NCBI GenBank assembly: GCA_907165135.1
Contig: OU015567.1
Location: 1,364,001 to 1,428,000, forward strand
DNA from: Oikopleura dioica
Taxonomy: Eukaryota > Animalia > Chordata
Length of the DNA stretch: 64,000 nt
Direction of reading: 5' to 3'
Made by a program: the position numbers and the translations under genes. The notes below the pieces were generated by a model. The model was not told where the DNA came from. It searched no databases and saw only the letters and a list, made by a program, of their open reading frames with translations. Shown piece after piece: positions 23,789 through 36,013 of the stretch (position 1 is the stretch's first letter; the number at the start of each line of letters is the position of its first letter).

Positions 23789-24900
23789 TTATACAGTTTC
23801 TTCATCAATCGTGAAAAGTCCCTCTTCATACATGACTCGCTGGAGAAATTGCAGAAATTGAAACGCATGAACATAAACTCCATCTTGAATTGAAAATAAC
23901 TATTGTATCATTGAGTAACTGAAACATTTACCTTGACGATTAATCTTTTCAATCGACTCAACAGGAAATTCAAAGTCAGGGACAACGCTTCTCATGATGT
24001 GGCTGCTTTGAAGTTGATTCCGATCCGTTTCGATGGGAAAACACGATTCCTCAAATTCTTTCTCCCAAGAGCACTCCTGATTTGAACACAAACACGAGTT
24101 TTCTTGTCGATTTCCTGCGCATGAGTACTCGCATAAACGCTGATATCTTTCAATCGTGCACTTTAAATCTGTCGCCTTGCTTGGAAGATATTTCAAGCAG
24201 ACGCTAAACTTTCCTAAAAATATTGAAAGTTTTCAAGAAATAAGATTTTCATTCTTACTTGCGAAAATTCTTGACCTTCTGGAGCTTTTTCTCTTTGACT
24301 CCACAGAGGTCTCCGATTCTTTTTCTTTGATTTCTTTGTCTACTATTAAATCATGACGCAGAATGTCCTCAGTTTCAGTCACAATCTCGCTTATCTTTGA
24401 TGTTGGCTCTGAAGTCGTATCGATTGTTGTTGCTGATGTTGCTGATGTTGTTGATGTTGCTGATGTTGTTGTTGTTGTGGTTGATGTTGCTATTGTCGTT
24501 GTTGTCTTTTGTATCGAAATTTTACCCAAGCTTTTTGGTGTTTTTAAAAAACATCAGAAGTAAAAAATGTACTTTTTAAAAACGAGTCTTTTCCACTTGC
24601 ATCCAGAAAAAACTTTGAAAGGGCCCACATCTGTATGGCAATTACAAACTCTTTCATATTGATGAATTTTGTTAGTATCATGAAAATCAATGTCAACTGT
24701 GCATTTTGAAAATTCTGCTGAACCTTGAGGACAGTTCCACTCCTCGCAATTTGAGTCATTTTCATGCTCTTCGCAAAAACTGTTTGGGAATCATCGCACT
24801 GATCACGTGACCCAATTGAAACTGAATATTTTCTTCCTGTTTCTCGAGCAGCTTTTGTTTTCTGCGCTTGTATGAAAAATAACACGTAAAAAGCTTTCAT
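23789..24900 (-). CDS. Gene A2: secreted Cys-containing protein with Thr-rich linker; C-terminal domain possibly ZP-C-like
   Basis: Signal-like MKAFYVLFFIQA, Cys-rich segment, TTTT linker ORF 24233-24529, then CTIERYQRLCEYSC...CFPIETD...RFNFCNFSSESC. First junction unresolved. Confidence 0.6.
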
Positions 24901-25397
24901 GACAAGGAATCAAAAATTTTTCTTTATTTCTTCGATCGTGTGAAAAATTATATATTTTCACGAAAAGTGGCGCTAAAGTGCGATCAAAAAAGCTGGTTAA
25001 CTTTTAATGATAAAGCGAAAAATTTTCGCGCAAGCAGTTTCATCATCTGTTCAAATATTCGCAAAAAAGAAGTACTTAAAAAATTTAAGATTTTATGCTT
25101 TAGAATCTAAATATTAGGGTCGGCCAAATCTTAAGTTTAGATCTCGAAAATCTTTTAGAAGTAAGTTTTCTTTTAACGTTTTCGATCTTTTAGGATCAGA
25201 ACACGACATACGTGGCTTTTCATCGGGGTAAGTTACTTGCGGTAATAAGCGAAAAATATTGATCCCAAAATTAACAGTACGTTTACAGTAAGTATACCCT
25301 AGTCATTCCTCTCTCATTTTCCCTGAGAGAATCAGGGTAAGAATAAACGGGAGCTAGACAAAATTTTTATTTGAAAATTTATAATTGAGACCGTTAA

Positions 25398-25588
25398 GGG
25401 TGTCAAGATCGATAAAGTAAGGGTCTATCTTATGAGTTGACCAACAAATCTATGATTATTTTGTCATAGTCTATTTGAAATTGGCTATAACTAGCTAAAC
25501 ACGATGAAAATTGAGTTTTTTTCTCGGCTTAGAAGGGAGGGTGAATATAAACTGATGCAGAAAAATATTCAATTCGATGTTGACACCC
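25398..25588. mobile_element. 191-bp TTAA-targeting (Kolobok-type) MITE
   Basis: TTAA on both flanks (25394-25397, 25589-25592). TIR GGGTGTCAAGATCGA vs GGGTGTCAACATCGA (14/15). Confidence 0.88.
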
Positions 25589-25807
25589 TTAACTACAGAT
25601 AGAAAAACGCATATTTTTGGATTAAAATTTAAAATAATGCCGAGCGAAAAATATAACATGATATGATTTCCGCAAATTTTGAGTTGGATCACCCGTCAAA
25701 ACAACAAGCGTCATGAAGAAAGCTTGCGAGATTTAGAATGCAGCATCGTCACCGTGACTGATTTACAAAGAAATCAAACATGGTAGAGAACGTGGCATCA
25801 CTTGAGA

Positions 25808-26161
25808 GGGAGACCCTCGACTCGCCGGGATTTTCGCCTGACCCTCGACTCGCCGGGAAAAAGTATGCAGACAGAATCCCGGCGAGTCGAGGGTCACAAA
25901 CCCTAACCCTATCCCTAATCGCTAAGCACAATTCCTCAACACTTACCCTAAACCCTAACCATTAACCCAAACTATAACCCCTACTCAACCTTTTCTTGGG
26001 GAAATATTTGATAAGGAATGATTTAAAATATAAAATATTTCAGCGTTAAAAATGGGTATAATTGGTGATTCTAGCAATCTCTAGAACACCCTCGACTCGC
26101 CGGGAAAAAATATGCAAAGTCCCGGCGAGTCGAGGAAATCCCGGCGAGTCGAGGGTTCCCG
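25808..26161. mobile_element. MITE with repeated CCCTCGACTCGCCGGGA hairpin arms and degenerate CCCTAA repeats
   Basis: Direct repeat ACTTGAGA(G) at 25800-25807 and 26162-26169. Three forward and three reverse copies of the arm motif. CCCTAACCCTATCCCTAA core. Confidence 0.85.
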
Positions 26162-26345
26162 ACTTGAGAGTGTGATGTCGTCGGATGTCTCTGACCAGGA
26201 TTTTAATTACCAATGACGTTTCCTCTAACTCTCATTTTTACGATCTTCCCGTGCGCCATTCAGCCTATTGAGCCCCAATTAAACAACTTAGGCGACAAAA
26301 GAAACGCAAGAAAACATGATTTTTTCCTAAAAAGTAAAATCCAAC

Positions 26346-27319
26346 ATGAAATTTTCAAATTTCTTCTTTTATTATACCAGCTTTGTGTCTGCGAGACAAG
26401 TCGAAGAGATAAAAGCGGAAAGTTGTGAAGATAAAACGGCTGATCAGATTCCAGAATACTGTCTGAGTAAGTTTTTCTCAAGAACAATTTTTCATATGAA
26501 GATTTTTCGTTTTTCTTTGAAAAATTGCTAAATGTAGATTTTCAGCATGTGGGCCAGAGAAAATTCAAATTTTAATCAACAGCAATTATCTCAAGAACAA
26601 AACTGGCTCCGATAATCACAAACTTCTTTTTCATGGAGAGAAAAACTACATGGAACGATCTTGCCATGCCAACAAGCTCAACCTTCCGGAGAGCAAGCAA
26701 AAAGGCATGATAGAAATTGTCATGGCGAATAATTTTGGGCTATGTTCTACGCGGTAAGGAGGGGAAAAGCGATGAAGAGGTGAAGGTTTTTTCTAGAGTT
26801 GAGGAAGAGAAGATCGACAGTCATAATTCTTTCTTTCATTATTCAAATACAATTTGGCACAAGAATGATAACATTACGAACGGAAAATATCCGAGAGAAG
26901 AATTTATCGCGTGGAAATGCTCCTATGGCTCGCGCTACCACATCACTCCTGATTGCAAAAATGAAACTCATCCAGAAGAATGCCAGAAAATTCCAGAAGA
27001 TCATTTGAGCGGCTTCAATTTATCAAGCAGTCACTCAAAGAATTTATCGTCGATCCGTATTGACAGGGAAAATAAAGTAGACTTAGAAACTGATCTTTCT
27101 TTGTATCTCACGAACGAGGACATGTTCAACAGTCTGAGGATTTATGGGAAAGCATACAGCAGCCCTACATTTGAATTTGAAGGTTTGATCTCGTAAATAT
27201 AAATTTAATTCAAGCCGAAATTTAGACCAACTTGTGAAATACGATTATTTTGGCGGAAGCGAGCCATTTTATGTTTTGGACAAAAACAACCCTTGGACAT
27301 CCTTACAGGAATGGGATAA
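26346..27319 (+). CDS. Gene C: secreted ZP-N-like domain protein
   Basis: Signal-like MKFSNFFFYYTSFVSA. After GT-AG introns: CGPEKIQILINSNYL...LCSTR...YSNTIW...WKCSY, a ZP-N-like pattern. The 3' end is 27196 or 27319. Confidence 0.65.
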
Positions 27320-27387
27320 AAACAAACGAGTTTGAGCATCAAATTTTTATTGAAAAAATCATGAAAGATGGTAGACAGAGTAAATTT

Positions 27388-30300
27388 TTACTTGGATTCA
27401 AGAGCCTTGGATCGGGCCTTGTTGACGGCGGCTTCGGCCATTTCGGCTCGCTCGTTGGCCTCGTCAAGTTCGTGCTGGACCTTTCGGAATCGGGACATGG
27501 CGGAGGAGGCGGATTCGGTGGCGTCCTCGGCGGCCTTCTTGTAAGACTTGGTCTTGGAGTTGAGCTTGTCGATGGAGTCGGACAATCGGATGAGGTTCTT
27601 CTTGTCTTCATCGTTGGCGTAGTTGGCTTCCTTGTACTTTCGCTCGAGTTTTCGCATGACCTTGGTGTTGTCGCTGGTTCGTCGCTGCTCGGCTTCGAGT
27701 TCCATTTCGATTTCTCGGCACTTGGCTTCGAGCTTCTGGACGGCCTTCTTGCCACCCTTGAGGGCGACCTGCTCGGCTTCGTCGAGTCGCAACTGGAGGT
27801 CTCGGAGCGAGTTCTCCTGGTTCTTCTTCATTCGCTCAAGATGCTGGGACTGGTCCTGCTCCTTCTTGAGATCTTCAGAGAGAAGGGCAGCGGTGGTCAA
27901 GGCCTTCTTGGCAGCATCCTCGGCGGATCGAGCCTCACCGATGGCTTCCTCGACTTCGGTCTTGACGGCGTTGAGTTCGCCCTCGATCTTTCGCTTCTGG
28001 TTGATGAAAGCACCGTTCTGGGTGTGGAGCATGTTGGATCGCTCGTTGGCTTCCATGAGGTCGTTTTCAGCCTGCTTTCGGGTTCGCTCGGCCTGCTCGA
28101 GTCCTTGTCGGAGTTCTTCGATCTCAGAGGTCATGAGACCAACTCGTCTCTCAGAAACAGCGGACTGTTCTCGGAGATCTTCAGTCTGTCGCTGAGAATC
28201 ATCAAGCTTCTGGTTCAAGTCCTTGAGCTGAAGAAGGAGATCCTTGGTGTTCTTCTGGGCATCCTGGGCCTGTCGAGAGGCAGTGGCCATGTTGACTTCC
28301 AGGTCGTTAAGATCGGATTCCATCTTCTTTCGGGATCGGATAGCTTCGCCTCGGGCTCGCATCTCGTTGTCAAGAGAAGCCTGGATCTGCTCAACAGATC
28401 GGGAAGCGTTTCGTCGGGCGTTGTCGATTTCTTCGTCCTTCTCGGCCAATCGTCGGTCGATTTCCTGCTTGAGCTGCTGGAGCTCAACCTGGACTCGAAG
28501 GGTCTTGGCTTCTTCGGACTCGATGGCAGCTTCAGCTTCTTCAAGAGAGGACTGAATGTCAGCTCGCTCCTGGTCGGCGATTCGCTTGGTCTTCTCGAGC
28601 TCGTGGATGGTCTTGGATCCTTCCTGGAGCTGATCGACGAGTTCCTGAGCTTCTTCAGCGAGGTTCTTGTTCTCTCGTCGGATGGCTTCTAGGTTGTCGA
28701 CGGCTTCTTCAGTGGAGTTCTTGAGCTTGAAGAGTTCGGTCTGCTGGTTTCGGACTTCCTTCTGGGCGAACTCAAGCTCGACCTGGGCTTCCTCCTGCTT
28801 CTGCTTGGCTTCAGCAAGGAGCTTATCGAAGTTTCGCTGCTTCTTGTCCAACTGGGCAGCGGCAGAGTTGGATCGCTCAAGATCAGCGGAGAGATCTTCA
28901 ACTTCACCCTGGAGTCGGGTCTTGGTCTTCTCAAGAGATCCACATCGGCCCTGGGCGGCTTCGACCTGCTCTTCAGACTCCTGGAGTCGAGCAACGAGCT
29001 TCTTCTTGGCCTCTTCGAGCTCCTCAGTTCGCTGGATGGCGTCGGTCTCGTACTTGTTTCGCCACTGGACGCATTCATTGTTAGACTTGGTGAGGTTTCG
29101 CTGGAGCTCCTGCTTGGATTCCTGTTCCTCTTCCATCTGCTCTCGGAGCATGTCAGTGTCGTGTCGCTGAGACTGGAGCTGGTGAGAGAGAGAGTTCTTG
29201 GCCTTGGACTCTTCGTCGTGCTGTCGCTTGAGCTCATCGTGAGTCTGAGACAAGGAGTTCTTGTTTCGGACGAGCTGGGAGTTGACGGTATCCTTCTCTT
29301 CAATGTGTCGTCGGAAGTCGTTGATCTCCATCTGGAGTCGGTTGTTCTCGTTGTTGGAGTCAGAGAGAACAGAGGCACCTTCCTCAAGCTTCATCTTGAG
29401 ATCAGCAATGTTGTCCTCGAGGTTACGAGTCTGCTTCTCGTAGTTGAGCTTGGATTTGGTAAGGGACTCGACGTTGACGTGGAGCTCGTCGACTTCCATC
29501 TTGGCCTCAGACTTTTCCTTCTCGAGCTTCTGCTTGATTCGGTTAAGGTTTTCAATCTGCTCAGAGAGAGAAGTGTTCTGGTCGGTCTGCTTCTTTCGGA
29601 TGTTGGAAAGAGAGGACTCGTGATTGAGAGTGGCTTCCTCAAGCTCTCGTCGGACCTTGGCAGCTTCAGCGTCTCGTCGCTTGGAGATTTCGATCTGAGC
29701 CTGAGTGTTGGAACCGGCTTCTTCGAGTCGCTCAGCGAGCTCTTCGAGTTCTCGGGAAAGATCAGCTCGGGTCTTTTCAGATCGAGCTCGGCCGCCTCGC
29801 TCGGATTCGAGTTCCTCCTCGACTTCTTCAGTTCGTCCCTGAAGCTCCTTGATTTTCTTCTGGAGCTGACCAGCAAGAGCCTGTTCGTCCTCAAGCTTGG
29901 CATTGAGCTGAGAATAGTCGAATTCAGACTTCTTCAAGGATTCCTCCTGACCGGCCTTGTCGTTCTCGAGATCCATGATCTGCTCTTGGGAAAGTCGGAT
30001 ATCACCTTCGAGCTTTCTCTTGGCTCGCTCAAGATCCATTCGGGCCTTCTTTTCGGCTTCGAGGCCGATTTCGAGATCATCGACCTGCTGCTCGAGTTTT
30101 CCCTTGGATTTGGTAAGATTGACGACCTTCTCTTCTTCGCTCTGGAGATCTCCAAGAGTCTGCTTGTGTGCTTCCTGGAGGGCCTTCTTTTCCTTTTCGA
30201 GCTTGTGAATGTTCTCGGAGATGGAGGCAAGCTCCTCGGTGACGTTCTTGGACTTGTTCTCAGTAGCGTGCTTTTCTTTCTCGATCTTGGCAAGGGTAAG

Positions 30301-33274
30301 TTCGAGATCGTCGATGTCCTTCTTGAGTTCAGAAGATTCATCTTCGAGCTTTCGCTTCTTGGCAACGAGCTCGTTGTTCATCTCTTCCTCGTCTTCGAGT
30401 TTCTCCTGGAGATCTCGGATCTTGGCATCAAGCTCAATCTTGGCAGCGATGAGTTCTTCGCATCGACCCTCGGCGTCGTCGAGAAGGGCGTTCTGAGCTT
30501 CGGCCTTCTGGGTGAGCTCGTTTCGCTCCTGTTCAAGGGAGACGGACTGCTCTTCGAGTTCGGCTCGTCGCTTCTTCTCCTTTTCGAGCTGCTTCTTGAC
30601 CTCTTCGTAGTTCTTCTCGAGCTCCTGCATCTTCTTGCCTTCTTCGGCCTGGGAGATAAGGGGCTTGATCTTGTAGATGATCTTCATCCATTCCCAATCC
30701 TTCAAGTACTGGAAGGCTCGGATGTTGCCCTGGATGATTTCGATCGAGTCTCGTCGCTTGATCATCTCAGCGTAAGTTCGCTCAGCCAATCGGTATCGCA
30801 TGTAAGACTGGAGAGAAGTAAGAATAGCAGCGATTTTCTCATCTCGCTCATCCTCAAGGTCACCAATAACACCGGCCTTGAAGAAAAGCTTGGTGTGACC
30901 GAACTTGTGCTTGGCATCGGAAAGCTGAATACCAGCGCAGATTTCCTTGGACATGGCCTTCCAGTCGCAGAATTCCTCGTCCTTCTTGGCTTCAGCGTGG
31001 AGGATGACGTATCGCTTGGCGAATTCTTCGTACTGGACTCGAGAGGGGAAACCCTTTCGGCAAATACGGATACCTTCCAACACACCGTTACATCGGAGCT
31101 GATGGAGGACCAAGTTCCAGTCCATGTGTCCTGGCTTTTGATTTCGTTGGGGACAATGCAACGGACAAAGTGGGGCTGGGTGGATCGAAGGTTAGCCATT
31201 AATCGACCGAGAGATTCTCGATGGAGACCAGAGACAGTCTGGAAAGAACCACCCTTCTGTCGCTTACCACCTTTTCCTCCGCCACCCTTCTTGGCGGCTT
31301 CGGCGGCGTCTTCAGCAGACATGTAAGACTCCCACTGCATGATGATACACTTGTTAGAAGATTTCTTGAGGAGACCGACAACAGAGGGGTTGAGGGGATC
31401 CTTGTTCTTGAGGAGCCAATCAGTGACGTTGTAACCGACAGTACCGGCGTAGTGGTAAAGCTCAAAGTGAGGAGCTGGGACCTCAGCGTTCTTGTGGTTC
31501 TTAGGGTTGGGCTTGCCGATCTTGTCGTTCTTACCCAAGTGCTGCTGGAAGAGCTTGTCTCGGAAGGTCATATCAGTAGCCTTGGGGAACATGCACTCTT
31601 CTTCGAGGGTGGACATGATACCAAGTGGCTTCTCGATCAAGTCGATGGTGGCTGCCAAATCCATACCGAAATCGATCATCTCCCACTCGATACCTTCCTT
31701 CTTATATTCTTCCTGTTCAAGGACGAACATGTGGTGGTTGAAGAACTGCTGGAGCTTCTCATTGGTGTAGTTGATGCAAAGCTGTTCGAAGGTGTTGAAT
31801 TCGAAAATTTCGAAACCGGCGATATCCAAAATACCGATGAAGAAAGATCGGGGAGATCGGTGGAAAGAGCTCGGTTGACGACTTCGACGAGCCACTTGAA
31901 GAGTCGATCGAAGACGGCCTTGCAGATGGCCTTGAGGGCGTAGTTGACCTGGTCTACGGTCTGACCCTTGGTGACGTAATCGGCACCGACCTTGATTCGT
32001 GGAGTACAGAGGGCCTTGGTGTATTCGGGTCCAGAGATACCCAACATGTAACCAGCAAGATCAGCGGCCTCGTGTCCGTCGGGCTCGGCCTGTTCTTCTC
32101 GGGGCTTCTGCTTGAACTCCATGTTTCCGGAGTGCATAAGACCAGCAGTAATCATGTAAATACCGGCCTTTTCTTCAGCATTAAAGCCGAGAATATCGAA
32201 GGACTCGTCGGTGGCGTCGAGTTCCTCAATATCGTTGATGGACTTGACCTTGATTTCACCCATGGAGCAGTATTTGTAATCGTAGGGGTTGTGAGTAATC
32301 TGGCACATTTCGTTGATGTCCTTTCGACCTTCGCAGCAGATCTGGTAGAAGATGTGGAAGCATCGTTCGGCCTTGAGCTGGAAGACGACTCGGGACTTTT
32401 CGAGAAGATAGGTATCGATATCACCAGAGGCGAGTTTACCAGTCAAACCGAAGTGAATTCGGATGAATTTACCGAATCGGGAGGAGTTATCGTTACGGGT
32501 GGTCTTGGCGTTACCGAAGGCCTCCATAGCAGGGTTGGCAGCGACAATCTGATCTTCGAGGGTTCCACCACCCTTGAGAGCGGGAGCACCATCGTCACCG
32601 TCTTTGCCACCGGAGCCGAGGGCGGCGACGACGGCGAAGTACTGGATGACTCGCTTGGTGTTGACAGTTTTACCAGCACCAGACTCACCAGTAATCAACA
32701 TGGACTGGTTGTGTCGCTCTCGCAACATATCGTTGTAAGCGTTATCGGAAATGGAGAAGATATGGGGAGGCATTTCGGACTTTCTCTTGCCCTTGTAGCA
32801 ACCGACGACGTGGTTGTCGTACACGGAGAGCCACTTGTAGGGGTTGACGGTGATACAGAAGAGACCGGAGTAGGTGTAGATCATGAATCGTCGGTATCGC
32901 TCGTCCAAGTTGTAGACGACGGCGGCTTCGGAGAGATAGGTCATGTTGGCCAAATCTTCCAAAAGTTCGTACTTTGGAGGGTTCTGCTTCTCGACCTAAG
33001 CATCAAATCAGTCTCCATTTACTCAAATCTTGTGACTTACGTTTTCGTCCTTGAAGTCCTTCTCCTTGTTGTCGTTCAATCGTCGGACCTTGGTGGTGCC
33101 GGGCTTGTCACCCTTGCCGACGACGAGACCCTTGACGTAGCCAGTCTCGGAGAATGGGACCCAGACCTGCTTGGCACCCTCGAAGGGCTGGTTTCGGATC
33201 TCCAACATGGTGGTGTCGGGAAGACGGAGCCATTGGGCGGCGTTTCCGGCTGCCTCGGGATCCCAAAGCGACAT
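27388..33274 (-). CDS. MYH: Myosin heavy chain, class II (muscle type); exons 33041-33274 and 27388-32995, with two apparent 1-nt deletions
   Basis: GESGAGKT P-loop, [39 protein letters not shown] region and long coiled-coil rod. 45-nt intron 32996-33040. Frame breaks at GGGG 31850-31853 and TTTT 31136-31139. Confidence 0.98.
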
Positions 33275-33878
33275 CTTTAATTTTTTATAAGAAAATAGTT
33301 TGAAGAAAAGATTTAATTAAGAAATAAAGAAGTAATTATCGAAAAAAACGATAAATAGAATTTCTCTCTCTCTCTCTCTTACCTTGTTCTTAAGTTTTTG
33401 ACTTTCAGAACAGAATGGTGAAAGAACCTCGATTCCATCTTCTTTTATGCTCTTATCAAAGCTCTTCCACAGGTCGATTTCATCACCCGGACGCCGGCAG
33501 AGCTTCCCAGAGGTGCCAAGTTGCTAATTTTCCTTGTTTCTAGAGTCATCTCCTATGATACAGCACGAGTTGATTCAGTCTTATCATGCCAAAAAGGGTC
33601 ATTAGGGCGGTTTGCTGCCATAAACAGACCCGTGCGGTATCACTTTCAGCTCCTAAAACTCGCGCGATTCACACCTCGCAGTTATTTCTGGCACCCGTTA
33701 GAAGCGTTTTGCAGATTTCAAACTGTAAATCACGGGTTTGAGAAACCTCACTGAGGTACAGTCGTGCGATTTACTGTAAGATCGGTGATTCAAATGAGTA
33801 AAAAGGGCACTTTTTCGCGCAGAAACTCGCGATGAAAGCAATTGAAATGCAATTTATCAATTCAAGAATGAACTTTAA

Positions 33879-34526
33879 GGACCCCCCCGTCAAGATTTGA
33901 GAAATCCTATTTTTGAAATTTTGACCTCAGATTCGGATTCCTCGTGCTAAAAAAACAATTTTTCGCTTCATTTTTTCGGGGCCTATCTCGACTCTAATAC
34001 CCTTAAAAATTGACTTAAAGTTTTGAAAATTGAAAAGGAATCGATGCGCTCGGGAGCGAGAATGAACGACTTTTCCACCAAAAAGGTTAAAATCTAGCTA
34101 TTTTCTAAATTTTTGATATTCAGGCATGTTTTTAATAATTAATTTAATGAAAAATTTATTTTTGTAGTATATTAAAATAAAAATTTCGCCGTTAGAATCA
34201 ATTTTCCATTAAAAATAGAGGGTCATTTTTTAGGTGAATTCATGGATGAATTTTCAAAATTTCCTTATGGTGCCCTCGAGAGAGTCCCAAGCTTTATTTT
34301 CCACGAAAAAAACTTTTCGTCACTTAAGGTCATCTCTGAGATATTCGTGTTTGAAATTTTAAGTTATCGCCATGACATCCTTAAAAGGCGTCCGAGTGAG
34401 CTCAATGTTCTGGTGCCCTAGACCAACTATCGAGCTACGCAGTCGTTGAAAATTTTTCAAAAATCTTAAGGGTATCAACCCGAAATCGATGTTTGAAAAA
34501 GTCATTCCCACATGACGGAGGGGTCC
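33879..34526. mobile_element. TTAA-targeting (Kolobok-type) MITE, GGACCCCCCCGTCA family
   Basis: TTAA at 33875-33878 and 34527-34530. TIR GGACCCCCCCGTCA vs GGACCCCTCCGTCA. Internal CTATCTCGACTC motif shared with copies at 40232, 52129 and 62382. Confidence 0.9.
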
Positions 34527-34593
34527 TTAAGTTTAAGTCAAAATTTAAGACTAATCACTAAAAAGTCCTTATCCCAAACGAAAGACTTACATT

Positions 34594-35425
34594 ATGACAA
34601 CCAACGAAACACAACAAACATACCTCAGCAATTTCGTCAAAGCCTTGGCGGTGAAAAAGTGCTGGGTCTCCACCTCCCCTCATGCGGATGAACTCTTTCC
34701 TCGTGCGGTTAAAATAATCGAAAATGCCTGTCCAGTTGGTGTTTCTTCAAACGTCTATGCTTCTGGCCAGGGGCAAATTACACGAATCTCTTTCGACTCG
34801 GAAACGCCCGAGCTTGAATATCTCCAATATTCGGTACCGCTTTTAACAAAGTCTACTCGCTTACTGAAATTCTAGCGCGACCCATTTTACGTCCACTGCG
34901 ATATCACAGTCTGTTTTATCAACGAAGAATGCCCTGGATTCTGTGAGCATTCTAGAGAACACCCTGTTTGGAAAAGCTTTGTGAAAGACAATCATTACCA
35001 ACAGCTTTCCATTCACAATAGATGGGGGCCTTTTTACAAATCCGATTCACCAGCCCTTGATTTCGCAAATCTTGAGCCCCAGGAAAAAGAGTAAGAAAAA
35101 TCAGCAAATCAGATAAGTAACAGAACTCTAGGCCGGACGAAGAGGAACAGCTCTCGGCCATAAATCAGTATTTGGAAATGCTGAGCATGCAAGAAAACAA
35201 AGAAGAACCTCCCCCTGAAGAAGAAAAATTCGTTGCTCCAGGCGGATCTGGACCCTTGGTCCTCATTTTCTCCCTTGTTTTTTCATTCGTCGCGACGATG
35301 GCACTTATTTCCACCGTGTCATTCTTCTGCTCCCGCCGAGTAAGTCTCCTTTTTGAGAGCTTTTTCTATCGATTTTCTAGGGATCATACGATGTTCTCAA
35401 TCATTCAAGAGCTTTCACTACATAA
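34594..35425 (+). CDS. ZP-C domain protein with C-terminal TM helix; 5' exons may lie upstream of the MITE (~33520-33750)
   Basis: AVKKCWVSTSP...IIENACP...RISFD...FYVHCDITVC...CPGFC is a ZP-C pattern. TM PLVLIFSLVFSFVATMALISTVSFFC. GT-AG introns. Confidence 0.7.
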
Positions 35426-35698
35426 TCTGTATTCATTTTCTCCCACATTTTCTTGTACATAAGCGTCGTTTTTAAAAAAAATAAGATGTGCTACAGTCAG
35501 TTTCCGATGTGTTTGAAGTCGTTCTTGTGGTTGTTTGTTCCGCCTTGTTTCGCATGCCAAGCAAGACTAAAGTTGCTTTTTGAAGAAAAGAAAGAAAACA
35601 GAGTTTGGGTTCGAAGGACGGTGTAGAAAACCTGAGTCAGGGTTTTGAAACAGCTTAAATTGATAGATTGGATATGCGATTTGAGACCCGAACTCAGG

Positions 35699-36013
35699 TT
35701 ATCTACACAAGTTGCCGAGCCTTGGAATGGAGTACCTCATCATTGATTCGCAGCGGTATTCCATCAAAGGAAAGATAAGATTCGATTCGGAAGAGAGCAT
35801 TCCTAAAATTGGTAACAAAAGAGCAAGATCTTCAGCAGACCGTTTATTCGAAATTTCATATACAAAATATTTTCGATTTTTTGAAAACAAAAACTTACCT
35901 TGAAGACAAAGATGAAACGCATCGTGCAAATTATAAGCCGTCAGTTTGTCCGACCAGTGTCCCTTGCTCTCTCCACTTGCCAAGAAAAGGTACAATAACG
36001 AGCAAAACTTCAT
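35699..36013 (-). CDS. Possible small secreted protein
   Basis: Signal-like MKFCSLLYLFLASGES and a GT donor after HLCLQ. No family recognised. Confidence 0.25.
   Translation of the reverse strand: MKFCSLLYLFLASGESKGHWSDKLTAYNLHDAFHLCLQGKFLFSKNRKYFVYEISNKRSAEDLALLLPILGMLSSESNLIFPLMEYRCESMMRYSIPRLGNLCR

Noticed and set aside
24363-24579. Val/Leu-rich plus-strand ORFs resembling membrane proteins
   Set aside because: They are the antisense reading of the Thr-rich ACA repeat in gene A2.
31136-31853. Programmed frameshifting or RNA editing in myosin
   Set aside because: Both breaks are single missing bases in homopolymers with no slippery heptamer or stimulatory structure evident; assembly error is more parsimonious.
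27250-33280. Long plus-strand and off-frame ORFs (e.g. 27250-28692, 29161-31326, 32072-33280)
   Set aside because: They are antisense or shifted shadows of the codon-biased myosin gene, and their Leu/Ser/Arg-rich composition mirrors it.
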